A stretch of 64,000 nt of DNA, taken from NCBI GenBank assembly GCA_002633005.1, contig NMRA01000071.1, positions 12,120-76,119 of the forward strand, written 5' to 3'. The stretch is from Phoronis australis. Taxonomy: Eukaryota; Animalia; Phoronida. Below the pieces are notes generated by a model that did no database searches, had not been told where the DNA came from, and worked only from the letters and a program-made list of their open reading frames with translations. Shown in pieces: positions 27,145 through 38,974 of the stretch (its first letter is position 1; each line of letters starts with the position of its first letter). A program made the translations under genes and the position numbers.

Positions 27145-27670
27145 ATTTAAGTATTAAATTATTTTATGTAAGCTATACTGCTTCGTCCTCATTATCGTAT
27201 TGTTTGGATTCTCGGGTAAGTGACCCTCTTTGTTAAACGATTATTGGTTTGATTGTACCACGTGATCTGTTTGTCTTATCGCAACACTGGGCCATCGTCC
27301 ATAATTCTCTCCAAATTTCAGTTTTCAGTGAATTTCTCTTTCCCTCCCTCCCTCAAACCAATTTTCCTTACTTCCCTGTTTACACTTAATTTTCCCACGT
27401 CGCTCTCCTGGTGTCGCTGTCCTCGTGTTGACGTTTTGCTTCCGCATATTGCTTTTTATAACTTTCTAATTCAACACTTGTGTATACCTTCATTGCTGCT
27501 TCGCAGATTGTAACCCATCTTTTCAGCTCAACATATTATATAACTTTTGTAATTACCGATATCTGTAGTAGTTTACTTTGTCATAATATATATGACCTTT
27601 TATCTCACCTACACGTGTTGTTTCACTGTAAACTAGCTTCGGTATTGCTTCGCAGTTAGCGCATATAAAA
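27145..27670 (-). repeat. Inverted copy of the 17.6-kb dispersed repeat
   Basis: Reverse complement matches 17570-18080 (e.g. gacctttttatctcacctacacgtgttgtttcactgtaaactagcttcggt). Confidence 0.85.
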
Positions 27671-30243
27671 TGTATTTGCATCGAACGACACGGATTTAAG
27701 GATAAATTTGCGCGGTCTTAGTGGTTTCTCTTGAAAAAAAAAACGAAAAAATAAAACACTAGCAGTGGATTAATAGGCGTGCAGCCGCTCAGGCAACTCG
27801 AGAATCTGCCACTGGCCGTGTCACGTGACTAGTAGTAGAGAGTAGTGCGCATGCGCAAAGCTGAAAGGTCGACCATCGGAATTCTGTGTTATTGTCATCT
27901 CTATCTCATTGCACAAGTGCTTTATAAGACAGTTTTTTATTCAACTCTGTTGTTTATTCTCGTGTGATACGCTCTGTGCTGTAAAACGTGTGAAATGCCA
28001 CAGAAGAAATCTGCAGTCTCGGTGTCAGATGACGAGGTGTCTTTGGACAAAGTTATGGCGGCCATTACAAAACTCACGAGCAAACTAGATGAAAACCACC
28101 GCAAGTTGGGTCAAGCTATTGAAGACTCGAAAATACTCCTGCTGGGTCACCTCAATAGACCGGGATCCCAGAGCTTTTTTGGGCATGAAAAGGTAACCAA
28201 TTTTCTTTGGTGCCACAGTGCTCTATGGGTATCCTGATGCTTGGAAATGGCCGTCTGGCAGGTTCGCTCTGGTGGATGTGGTCAGGGGAGCCAAGAGAAT
28301 TACACTAAAAAATTGAGCTAGATCAACTTTTCTGGTAACCACTTAAAACTGCCTTCAATACCTGCTACGTCATCCATTGTATCAAAATTGGTCACTGCCA
28401 GACAATTTCAGTGGTGGGGAGTACCCGCCAGACGAACATATACAGGGTACAAAAATTGAGCTAGATCAATCCAAGAGGTAACCGCTTGAAACCAGTCGCA
28501 AAATATTCACCGTAAGCCCAGGTATCACGAATGAACACTGCCAGACAAATCTAGTGGTGGGTTACCCCCGCCAGACACGCCCAAATACCAGAATTGAGCT
28601 AGATCAACCCATCAGGTAACCGTTTGAAACCAATTGCACGATGTTCAGCATCACTGAACATGGAACAACAGTTAGATGCCAGACAATTTCAGTGGTGGGG
28701 TGGCCCTGCCAGACGATTATCAAAAAGGGTTAAAAATTGAGCTAGATCAATCCAAGAGGTAACCGCCTAAAACTAGTTCCAAAATATTCACCGTAAGCCC
28801 AGGTATCACGAATAAACACTGCCAGACAAATCTAGTGGTGGGTTAGCCCCGCCAGACATGCCCAAATACATGAATTGAGGTAGATCAACCCTGAGGTAAC
28901 CACATAAAACCAGTTGCAAAATATTCGCCGTAAGCCCAGGTTTGAAGAATAGATACTACCAGACAAATATAGTGGTGGGTTATCCTCGCCAGACACGCCC
29001 AAGTACCTGAGTTGAGCTAGATCAACCCGGCAGGTAACAGCTTGAAACCATTTGCATAATGTCGAGCAACATTCTGCATGCAAAAAAAGATACTTTACAG
29101 ACATTTTTAGCGGTGGGGCAGGAGAGTGCAGAGGTTTGGTCGATGTAGGGGCGACTTTTTTTAGACGCCCCTATCTCTCTACTCAAATGCATATATCCTA
29201 TTCAGGCCCGTAGGCAGCATTGGGCGGGGGTGGTTCGAATTTCAAGAACGGTGGATCTTGGTATTTTGCAAACGTCGACACTGTAGAGTTTTCGGTGATG
29301 CCTTTGACGCAGCTTAATTAGGGGGAAGGGAAATCTGTATACATGATGACGACTCATGTTCATGAGATGAGACGGAATTTGTAATACCAGATACGAGGAT
29401 GCTGTGACGGTTGCTCGAAACGAACGGGACACTAATTAGGATGTAATGTGGTCCAAAAAGAGAACATTCTCGCGTTATTTCCTGCCGAAGTTTCAGATCG
29501 GCCATGCTTAAATGAGTGATTACACCTCATTGCATACTCAGACGGAAATGTGAAGTCTAGGATATCTGGTTTTATTTTAGCGTGTTACTTAAGTTGCTTA
29601 CATCGCTGGAAATGGGGACATCCCACTATTTCGAAAGTTTACTACTCGGAAGGTTTACTGACTACTCCGAAGGTTCACTACTTCAACGATTCACCACTCC
29701 GAAGATTCACCGCTCCAAAATATCTAAACTTTCAGACTCAGATGTAATTTTTAAACTTTTACATGCTAAAATAAACGATGTTTCGGCTATTAGATGCACC
29801 TATAACGAAAACAACGCCCGGGCACTAAAACACTGTCTTTAGGTTTTATGTAGACAGTGACCACCGTCTCCAGCTGGCCAGCACAACCAGAAACGTTAGT
29901 CAGATTTCATGCACATGCGAAATTGCCCGCATGCCTTAAAATGAGTACGCACTTGCATTTTAAAATGATATGAAGTAGGAATACTGATGAATTATCAGCC
30001 ATGACACAATTCATCAAATCCATGTCAAGATCGAATCGCAGCGCGACGCACACAGCCTGGTCGAAATTAAATGAAGTTACTAGGCCACCCTGTCCCTGCC
30101 AGTCCTCACGAAGTCAGGGAGTCCCATTTAGTCTTCTTAAATTTGAAACCGCCGTTGGTCGCCGCAGCCGTGCCCCAGATGTTGTCTCTGCTTGAGAATG
30201 AGTCGTGATCACACAACCAAAGTAGTGAACTGTCGGAATTCTG

Positions 30244-30641
30244 GGCCCAGTCTCGAATCTTTTTACTCGAAATGGAACTCGAAATAATGTTTGGCATTTT
30301 TAATCTACTTTTGTGCGAACTCAAGATAAGTGTCCATTACTCAATGCTCGAATACATAATGACTTACGTGGATGGTTGATTAGTTCTAGTTCGCAGTTGA
30401 CGAATTCAACATTAAACCTAAAAGTTTGAGTTTAAACTCGAAGTTTCGAGTTTTTACTCGAGTTTGTAGCACGCATATAAGGGTTTTTAAGTGCAAACTT
30501 GGACTAGAAACTCATATGCATGAACTATAATTATTCGAGCACAATCTGATAACCACTTATCTTGAGTTCGCACAAAAAGAGCAGAGAAATTGCCAAAAAT
30601 GATTTCCAGTTCGTTTTGAGTGCAAAGAATAGGACCGGGCC
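30244..30641. mobile_element. Harbinger/Tourist-like MITE nested in the Academ-like element
   Basis: Inverted ends ggcccagtc...ttttgtgcgaactcaagataagtg and cacttatcttgagttcgcacaaaaag...gaccgggcc, with flanks CTG and CAG. Confidence 0.6.
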
Positions 30642-31571
30642 CAGGGTTTGGAAATTCAAAGTAGTGATCTTTAGAAGATAACGAACCTTCGGAGTAATGG
30701 GCATTTTGAGTACTGGACCTTCGGAGTATTGAACCTTCGTCATAGTGACATGGAACCCTGGAAATCTTTTCCATCTAGTTTGTGGCTCGTATGAAGTCTG
30801 CAGGGTTGTGCACCATTGAAATGATTGACTAGAGAAGATTTTCATTGACCAAAGTTGCGGTCTATGCCTACCTTTCCATCATAACGTGAAAATGCTCAAC
30901 GGTGTATTCTCAGTGCAAGAAAACACAGTAGTTGAAGGTCTGGCTTTTAGCACGACGGAGGACTGCCTATAATGAATTTACTGTCAGCATGTACTGAATT
31001 TAAAAGAACAGAAACGTTCAAAGGTGTACACGCATGCATGTCAATCCATCAATCAACAATCAAAGTGGACGCTGGTTGAACAACATATTTGCATATTTGA
31101 CGATCACTTTCAATTCAAAATTTGAAAAAGCCTATACTTCTACCGTACTATGGTTGCAATTAAACCAAAAATAGCAGAAAAACAAATCTCAATTTTTCTG
31201 CTGTTTTGTTTCTTGGCCGAGTTTAAGGCATTCACTCCGCACTACTTTTTGGGAGTTCTCTCGTTGTTATTTACATTAACATGAAGCTTACTTAGGTCTT
31301 TGGGCTAGACTTTTATGCTTAGGTATAGACATTAACTTCTGGACTCACTTGTTACCCTTTGTTTTAGCCACTACGGGCGTGGTTTATGAATAACATAAAG
31401 CCTCCTCTTATCGTATGCACAATCCTGTCATCTACACAAACAGCTGCACTTGGGCGAAGTTTGCCGAGTTCGGTCCGACGCCACGTGACGCTGTTTGAAT
31501 CAGAAGCGAACTCAAAATTATTGCTAACTTAGTTATCATTGTAGTTAGCACCAGTAGCTGCAACAATTTTG

Positions 31572-31767
31572 NNNNNNNNNNNNNNNNNNNNNNNNNNNNN
31601 NNNNNNNNNNNNNNNNNNNNNNNNNNNNNNNNNNNNNNNNNNNNNNNNNNNNNNNNNNNNNNNNNNNNNNNNNNNNNNNNNNNNNNNNNNNNNNNNNNNN
31701 NNNNNNNNNNNNNNNNNNNNNNNNNNNNNNNNNNNNNNNNNNNNNNNNNNNNNNNNNNNNNNNNNNN
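31572..31767. other. Assembly gap (196 N)
   Basis: Run of N. Confidence 1.
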
Positions 31768-33029
31768 CCTCAGGCGCGATTTTTCTGGTTTTCATGCCCT
31801 GACATAAACTTGCTGACAAAAATCTCTCACCTTGTGCGGTGACCTATGTCGTACAGACTTAGTGGCTGTATTGAAAATTGAAGTGCCTGGTTCCTGATTG
31901 TGATGCTTATTCAGCGTGAATGCGCTTATAATCAATTTTGTTTCGACTCTTTATTTGTCTGATGGAGGCATCTTACTGTTTTGCCACATGCAATGATGCT
32001 GAAAATCGGGCGATTGGTTTCAAGCGGTTTCCTGGTGGGTTGATCTAGCTCAACTCAGGTACTTGGGCGTGTCTGGTGGGGCTAACCCACCACTAGATTT
32101 GTCTGGCAGTGTTTATTCGTGATACCTGGGCTTACGGTGAATATTTTGGAACTAGTTTTAGGTGGTTACCTCTTGGATTGATGTAGCTCAATTTTTAACC
32201 CTTTTTGATAATCGTCTGGCAGGGCCACCCCACCACTGAAATTGTCTGGCATCTAACTGTTGTTCCATGTTCAGTGATGCTGAACATCGTGCAATTGGTT
32301 TCAAACGGTTACCTGATGGGTTGATCTAGCTCAATTCTGGTATTTGGGCGTGTCTGGCGGGGGTAACCCACCACTAGATTTGTCTGGCAGTGTTCATTCG
32401 TGATACCTGGGCTTACGGTGAATATTTTGCGACTGGTTTCAAGCGGTTACCTCTTGGATTGATCTAGCTCAATTTTTGTACCCTGTATATGTTCGTCTGG
32501 CAGGTACTCCCTACCACTGAAATTGTCTGGCAGTGACCAATTTTGATACAATGGATGACGTAGCAGGTACTGAAGGCAGTTTTAAGTTGTTACCAGAAAA
32601 GTTGATCTAGCTCAATTTTTTAGTGCAATTCTCTTGGCTCCCCTGACCACACCCACCAGAGCGAACCTACCAGACGGCCATTTCCAAGCATCAGGATATC
32701 CATAGAGCACTGTGGCACCAAAGAAAATTGGTTACCTTTTCATGCCCAAAAAAGCTCTGGGATCCCGGTCTATCAATGCTGCCAAAGATGATCTAACAAT
32801 GGAGATCAACCAGCTGAGAGGTGGTATTGAGGTTCTTGAGTGTAATGGTAAACAGACTGTTGAATATGATGAAGTCAAAGACTGTTGTGATATTCAACGT
32901 GCCTTACAATGATAACGAAAGTGTTGATGCTTTGGTCAAAGACATTGTAGCCGAGATTGGTCATCCTGTGAACATAATAAGGGCTAAACGATTGCCGAGT
33001 CGAGTCACCGGTAAGCCAGGTCTGATTAA

Positions 33030-33944
33030 AGTGTACACAACATGACTCTAGTACCTCAAAATAAATTTTATTATTATTATATCTTACTTGATTTCAGTGC
33101 CTTTAGTGCAAAAATTGAAAAAAATAATAATTATGTACAACGTCATGGGTTGAACCCAAGTCGTTCGCCATACTTTTCGGATCAGAGACAAACTGTATAG
33201 AGTGAAGAGAAAGCAAAGTACATTTAGCGTCGAGAAGGTTCGTAGAGGGATCAAAAGATGAGTTTCCGGAGGCTTCAGCAACAGCAGCCAGGCGGAGAAC
33301 ACCAAAGTTGCACAGAAGTGGCATCGCTTCGTGCGCCGAACGAGAGTGTGGGACGTCATCGTGGACCAAGCGATTCGGTCCGGGGCCACTCTGTGTTCTG
33401 CCCACTTTCAGGACTCGGCGTGTTTCGACTCCAGTCACAGGAGAAGTTACGATGAAGGCCTGGTTCAATAAAGGACAATATTTATCATTCAGAAACATCA
33501 GCTCTTAATTCAGGATCGTCTGTTGGATGACTGGGTTGACTCGCCGAGCCCGAGGCCTCTTCTCTCGCGGGAGGATCCAGTTCGTAAGGCTCAAAGTAGA
33601 AAAGTACGCAGCCGGAAGCACATTAAACTTGTTCTCTCTTTCGTGCAACCCCATTTCCTCATCCTGGCCACCACACGTTTTTTCATAGTATTCGTTAAAT
33701 TCTTGCTCATGATCGTCGTCAAATTCCCTGCTCTCTGCCATTGTTCAATGCTAGTCACTGATCTCTTGTGATCAACCCATGACGTCACATGGCGGGAAAT
33801 GTGAAAATCGGCAAAATTGAAAGAAAAATCTAAATTTAGAGCTAATTACACAAAATAAACATGGTTTAGCTAAATTTTACGTCATATATTTAGTCTGTGG
33901 CCACCGGTAATTCAAAATGTGCAAAAATCCATGGTGTGTACTGT
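33030..33944. mobile_element. Kolobok-like deletion derivative, TTAA TSD, inserted in LINE ORF1
   Basis: TTAA at 33026-29 and 33945-48. Excision restores KPGLIKAELSTQEEK. Short imperfect TIR (gtacaca.catg). Degenerate THAP remnant (KWHRFVRRTRVWD...LCSAHF) on + and a convergent acidic ORF on -. Confidence 0.75.
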
Positions 33945-36900
33945 TTAAAGCTGAACTGAGCACACAAGAAGAGAAAATTGCGATTATTCGCAAGAAAGGA
34001 AAGCTCAAAGACTCTGTTTTGTATAGCAGGGTATATATCCGTGCTTCAAAATCCCTCACTGGGAGGTTGTTTGAATTAAACTGCAAACAGCTATTAAAAA
34101 TGATTTCGGACGGGAATGATTACAGATTCACTGGAAGTGGTCGGTTGGTGAGAAAAACAGCAGAAAATATCCTGAATAATGAAAGGAATGCATAGGAAAG
34201 AGAGTCGGCCAGAGTTACAGGGAAGCTCCGAGTCTATTCCTGGAATGTAAATGGTTGGACATCCAACAACAAAAGTCTGAGAGAGAAAGTAATTCGTGGG
34301 TCCGAAGCAGACATTTTCTGTATCATTGAAACCCACTTGGCTAAAACTGCTGGTTCTTTTGTAGATGGGTTTGTTTGGTACGGCCATAACAGAAATACTA
34401 TACATAGGCGTGCTATTAGACCATCTGTGGGGATTGGAGTATTAGTTAAGTCAACTTTGTTACAGAAATATACTGTTAAGATTGTTGATAAATCTCATGA
34501 TGGCATAATTGGACTGCAGTTTAGTAATGTGATTTCTGATTATAAGTTTGTTATATTTGTCTGTTATTTACCTCCAGAAAATTCCCCTTGGGGATGTGAC
34601 CTCTGGACTTCTTATGCTCATTTGTTATGTCAGTTGTATTCCCTCGATGATGTTGATTCTGATGTGGAGACTTTAATGCCCGTATAACAGACTTGAAAGA
34701 TTATGTACAGGATGTCGATGTAATCCCCAGCAGACAGTCTTTAGATGGTTCTAAAAATAGGCATGGGGATTCCTTCATTGAATTTTGTATTGACTCAAAG
34801 TTTTGTGTTCTCAATGGGCGTGTATGTCCCGATCAAGATAACTTTACATTCGTATCTGGAAGGGGTTCTTCTGTTGTTGATTATATCCTTACGCATCATG
34901 AAAATTATTTGTCTGAAATTTGAAATTTATACACCCGTAGCGTTGGTAGACAAATTTGATCTTCTGAGTGAAATTTCTGGCGTTTGCCATATGCCAGATC
35001 ATTCTTTACTTGCCCTTGATTTTCCGTACAGTATAATGGCAACCTTTCTCAGTTAAAGGAAGCTTGCATCGATTCCCCAAAGAGATATAAAGTTCGGTCA
35101 ATTCCCGTAGACTTTATGAATTCTGAAATTTTTAATACTGCTATGCGAGAATTTATTGATTCTATTTTGGTCTGCAGAGCAACCCAAGAAAACATTGACT
35201 GTATCTACAGTAGGTTTTGTAAGTGTATATTTGATGAGATGGACAGAAAATTATTTTGTTCTAACTCAAAGAAGGTGAAAAGGAGATTTAAATCAAGCAA
35301 ACCCTATTGGTGTGCTGAATTGTCCGAGCTTTGGAAAGATGTAAGTTTAAAGGAAAAAAATTGAAATGCAGCGGCTCTCGAGACGAACGCTCTTTACTGA
35401 GACGCCAATGTCAAAATGCCCAGGTTCTATTGGATAAAGTCCACAGGAGGATCGAAAGAAAATTTTTGAGAGATCAAGCTGACCTCATAGAATCTTTAAA
35501 TTTCAATAACCCAACAGAATTTTGGAAGTACATTAAGAACTTGGGCCTCTCTTTTAGAAAGACAATACCCATGGAGGTATACGATGACACTGGAAACCCT
35601 AATACCAATAACCAATATGTTTTTAATAAATGGAAGAACGAGTATGAATCGTTATACAATGGTCCAACTGTAAATGAGTTTGACCGGGGATTTTATGCTG
35701 ATATGCTTCTCAAAAAAGCTCATCTTGAGTCGTTCAATAATCTTAACTTTGATGAAAATAGTATTTTGAATAAAAATATTACTCGCGATGAAGTAAAGCG
35801 GGTAGTGATGAAATCTAAATCCAATAAAGCAGTAGGAATTGATCATATTTGCTATGAAGTAGGTAAAAATGATAACGCTATTGACCTTTTGATTTATTTG
35901 TTCCAAATGGTTTTTCGTTGCGGTATGGTTCCTAGTTTATGGGCTAAATCCGTTATTATGCCTATTCCAAAGGGGTCAGAGAAGGACCCGCGCGTCCTGC
36001 TGAGTTATAGAGGTATCAGCTTGTTGTCTAACATATACAAGTTGTATAGTAGTGTATTGAACAATAGACTGGTTCAGTACGCGGAAGAAAACTGGCTCCT
36101 TGTTGATGAGCAAAATGGCTTTCGTCGTGACAGAGCATGTGTTGATCACGTCTTTGTTTTGACCTCGATTATACGTAATCACTTGAATAACAAACAATCC
36201 ACATTTGCTACTTTTATTGATATGCAAAAAGCTTTTGACTGGGTAGATAGAAATAGTTTACTTTTTAAATTGTTGGATCTTATGATAGTTGGAAAATTTT
36301 ATGAATCAGTTGAAAATATGCGAAAACTCAATCCTGTGTTAAGATTAATAATACCTTTACGGACTGGTTTTATGCATCTTGTGGGGTCAAACAGGGAGAT
36401 GTTTTATCACCTACTCTGTTTGCACTATTTATAAATGATTTGGCAAAGGAATTAAAACAGTCAAATTTAGGAATATCTATCGGTGCTGATAATGCTTCAT
36501 CTTTGTTTTATGCTGATGATATAGTGGTAATTGCCGAGAGCGAAGAAAATTTACAGGGTTTATTGAATATAGTTAATAAATGGTGCTCTAAATGGAGGCT
36601 AATTGTCAATAAGGAAAAAACTAATGTTATTCACTTCAGATCCAAGCATGTCTCTCGTAGTTTATATCCATTTCGGTTGGGTCGACTAGACCTAGAATAT
36701 GTACCCAAATATAAATATTTAGGAATAATTTTAAATGAACATTTGAAGTCTCCAATGCCCACAAGAAAGTTTAAAAAGCCACAGCGTGGTCAAATGCTAA
36801 ATTGTCACAACCACAACAAACGTGACGCGTCGTCATTACTTACATGTATTAAACCACGATAAAACGAGAAGTAACAACAACAACAAAAACAACGCCACAG

Positions 36901-38298
36901 TTTAAGATCCTGCTGATGGTGCAGCAATTAATGTTACAGCTACTGCTGCTGATGGTGCAGCAACTAATATTACAGCTACTGCTGCTGCTATTCCTGTCAC
37001 GACTTTATTACTATTATTGTCGGCTTCAGCAACTCGGACATTTTCGTTTCAGGTTCAGTTACTTTGAAGAGGAGCACCAACGAGGAAGGTAAGAGACGCA
37101 AATAGTTGTAAGGTGGCCTCGTGTCACAAAATCCCAGTTTTTGACATGATTTGAAGCCTGCAGGTATGAATTTGGTCTCAGAGCGTAACTCAGACCAAAT
37201 ACATTTAGATATGAATTCTGGGATTGAAAAGAACCGAAAGTCCGTTATCATTTGAGACCACATTCTTCAAGGTCAAGGTGACTTCTCATTGCGGGTCAGT
37301 TTAAGCCCTAACCATAGCCTCAAGAAATACTCATAGGTGCACAAAGGCTTGCTTCCGTGTGGGAGAGAAACAATTGCGAGCGAACCCTGTACCTCCTCTT
37401 GTCTACTGCTTTTTAAGCTCGGCCCCAAGACCGACGCCTCAGTTTTACACCCTTCCGTTCGCAGCTGACACCCGCTTTACCTCCACCTGTGAACCCCTTT
37501 GTTGTCGCCGATTTTCAACTCCCCCGCCGTACGCTGTTTGGTGGGTAGACACGATGAAGGCAGTCACCAAACTATTGGGTACCTAGACTTCAATAAACTT
37601 TTGTGAGGAAGGGCCACATTCTAGGTCTGAGGACTTTACGCGGTCACGCGATTAGGGCATGATTTTGACCTTCAAGAGGTATCTTCGGAATTTAAAAAGG
37701 TGCAAAAAAGATGTGCTGCCACACTCATTCTTGAGGGCGTATAAAAGTAACTTAAGAATATCCTATCATGCGCTTCAAAATACGGGAAGAAACAGTATCA
37801 CCTTGTAATGAGTAGATAGAACACCGTGTCGGAAATTTCACTTAATTGGGGTTCAATTTGGGAAAGTTCACGTTATTAGGGTCATGCACTAAAAGTGCCG
37901 ACTTTGGAAAGGAATTTTGCTTCAAAATCTATTGCTGGAAACGACTATCCAGTTTTCAAGTGTGGCAGACAAATGATTCTTAACTGTATTACGTCAATAT
38001 TCACCGAAACACCATTTTCTTAAAATAGTTATTTCAAATTGGCATAAATAACGTGGTACACTTTGCTGCTTTGGGATGGACAAAGATTATCTTAAATTTC
38101 GTCCTGCATCAAAGTTCCCTTAAGCATCGTTAATTAACCTATAGCCAGGACTATGACTGACGGCTTAAATGACCAATCAGAACGCAGCATTCTTGACACA
38201 CCTCCGTCTGCGTTTCCAAGCCGCAATTTTACCCGACAAACAACAAGTTGTCGTGTAAACTGATTTCTGTCTATTGCTCAAGAAATTGTGCAATAAGA

Positions 38299-38502
38299 AT
38301 GGTGAAACGATGTTGATGTGGCGAGTGTTATACTGACAGTCGTTATGGAGCTCGAGAAAAATGTCCCGTCATTTTTTGGGCATTCCCTTAGCCGAAAGGT
38401 GATGTCGACTGTGTAAACAATCGATAAAAGCCACACGAGCAGCTAAACTTGACAATGTTGCTGGATTATTCGAAGGTTAAACACAAAAATATTTGGTCCA
38501 AG
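38299..38502 (+). pseudogene. Degenerate THAP-like exon of a transposon remnant
   Basis: MVKRC*CGECYTDSRYG...FWAFP*PK...PHEQLN...IWSK|gtacgc resembles THAP C..C...FP...CSKHF spacing, with stops and frameshifts. Confidence 0.4.
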
Positions 38503-38974
38503 GTACGCACATTTCAATTTAGTGGCTACAGTGTAGGCTCCGGAGTTTCATTCGTCAGGCCGCCTTTGTCTCGGCACCTGCTGGATCCCAGGATGTCCCT
38601 GGAAATGTTGTTTTTAGGGACACTTATATTATTTTTCATTTATTTGGACCTAAATGGCATCGTTTTGTTTCGTAGCAAAGGTAGATTTCTTGTTACTCAT
38701 ATACCCGTAGGCTGGCGTTCAACTGAACTTCTCTCCAAAATTGAGAGATTCGATCGGCACAGGGAGGGCATTGGATTACTGACCTCAAAGCCTTGTTCGA
38801 GCTGTTGTCACGAAAAAAAAATAATTGAATTACTTTTTGATCAGAACCTGTAGTATACACTTCGCATGTAGAGTTAGCGAGAGCTCATTTTTAAGTTGTT
38901 CAAATATGGTATTTAGATTTATGAAGTTTTAAAAAAGAATGTGTTATTTTTGTAAATAGCCATTTTTGCCACTA

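Larger units (their letters stand above)
28156..32772. mobile_element. Non-autonomous DNA transposon with ~760-900 bp TIRs, TAG...CTA termini and 4-bp TSD TCAA (Academ-like)
   Basis: tagaccgggatcccagagc... and ...gctctgggatcccggtcta, flanked by TCAA at 28152-55 and 32773-76. Removing it restores LINE ORF1 ...GHLNAAKDD.... The TIRs are built of ~140-bp subrepeats. Family inferred from termini and TSD length. Confidence 0.8.
27840..36745 (+). mobile_element. Decayed CR1/L2-group LINE (ORF1 + APE-RT ORF2), 3'-truncated, interrupted by two DNA transposons
   Basis: ORF1 is in pieces at 27995-28155, 32773-33029 and 33945-34195. ORF2 motifs: RVYSWNVNG, GRGSSVVDYI, PDHSLL, YRGISLLS, EQNGFR, FIDMQKAFD, LFYADDIV, YKYLG. 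Many frameshifts. The 5' boundary is approximate. Confidence 0.9.

Noticed and set aside
35331-36862. Reverse transcriptase as a retron, DGR or functional gene
   Set aside because: It is frameshifted, preceded by an APE endonuclease and ORF1, and truncated: an ordinary dead LINE.
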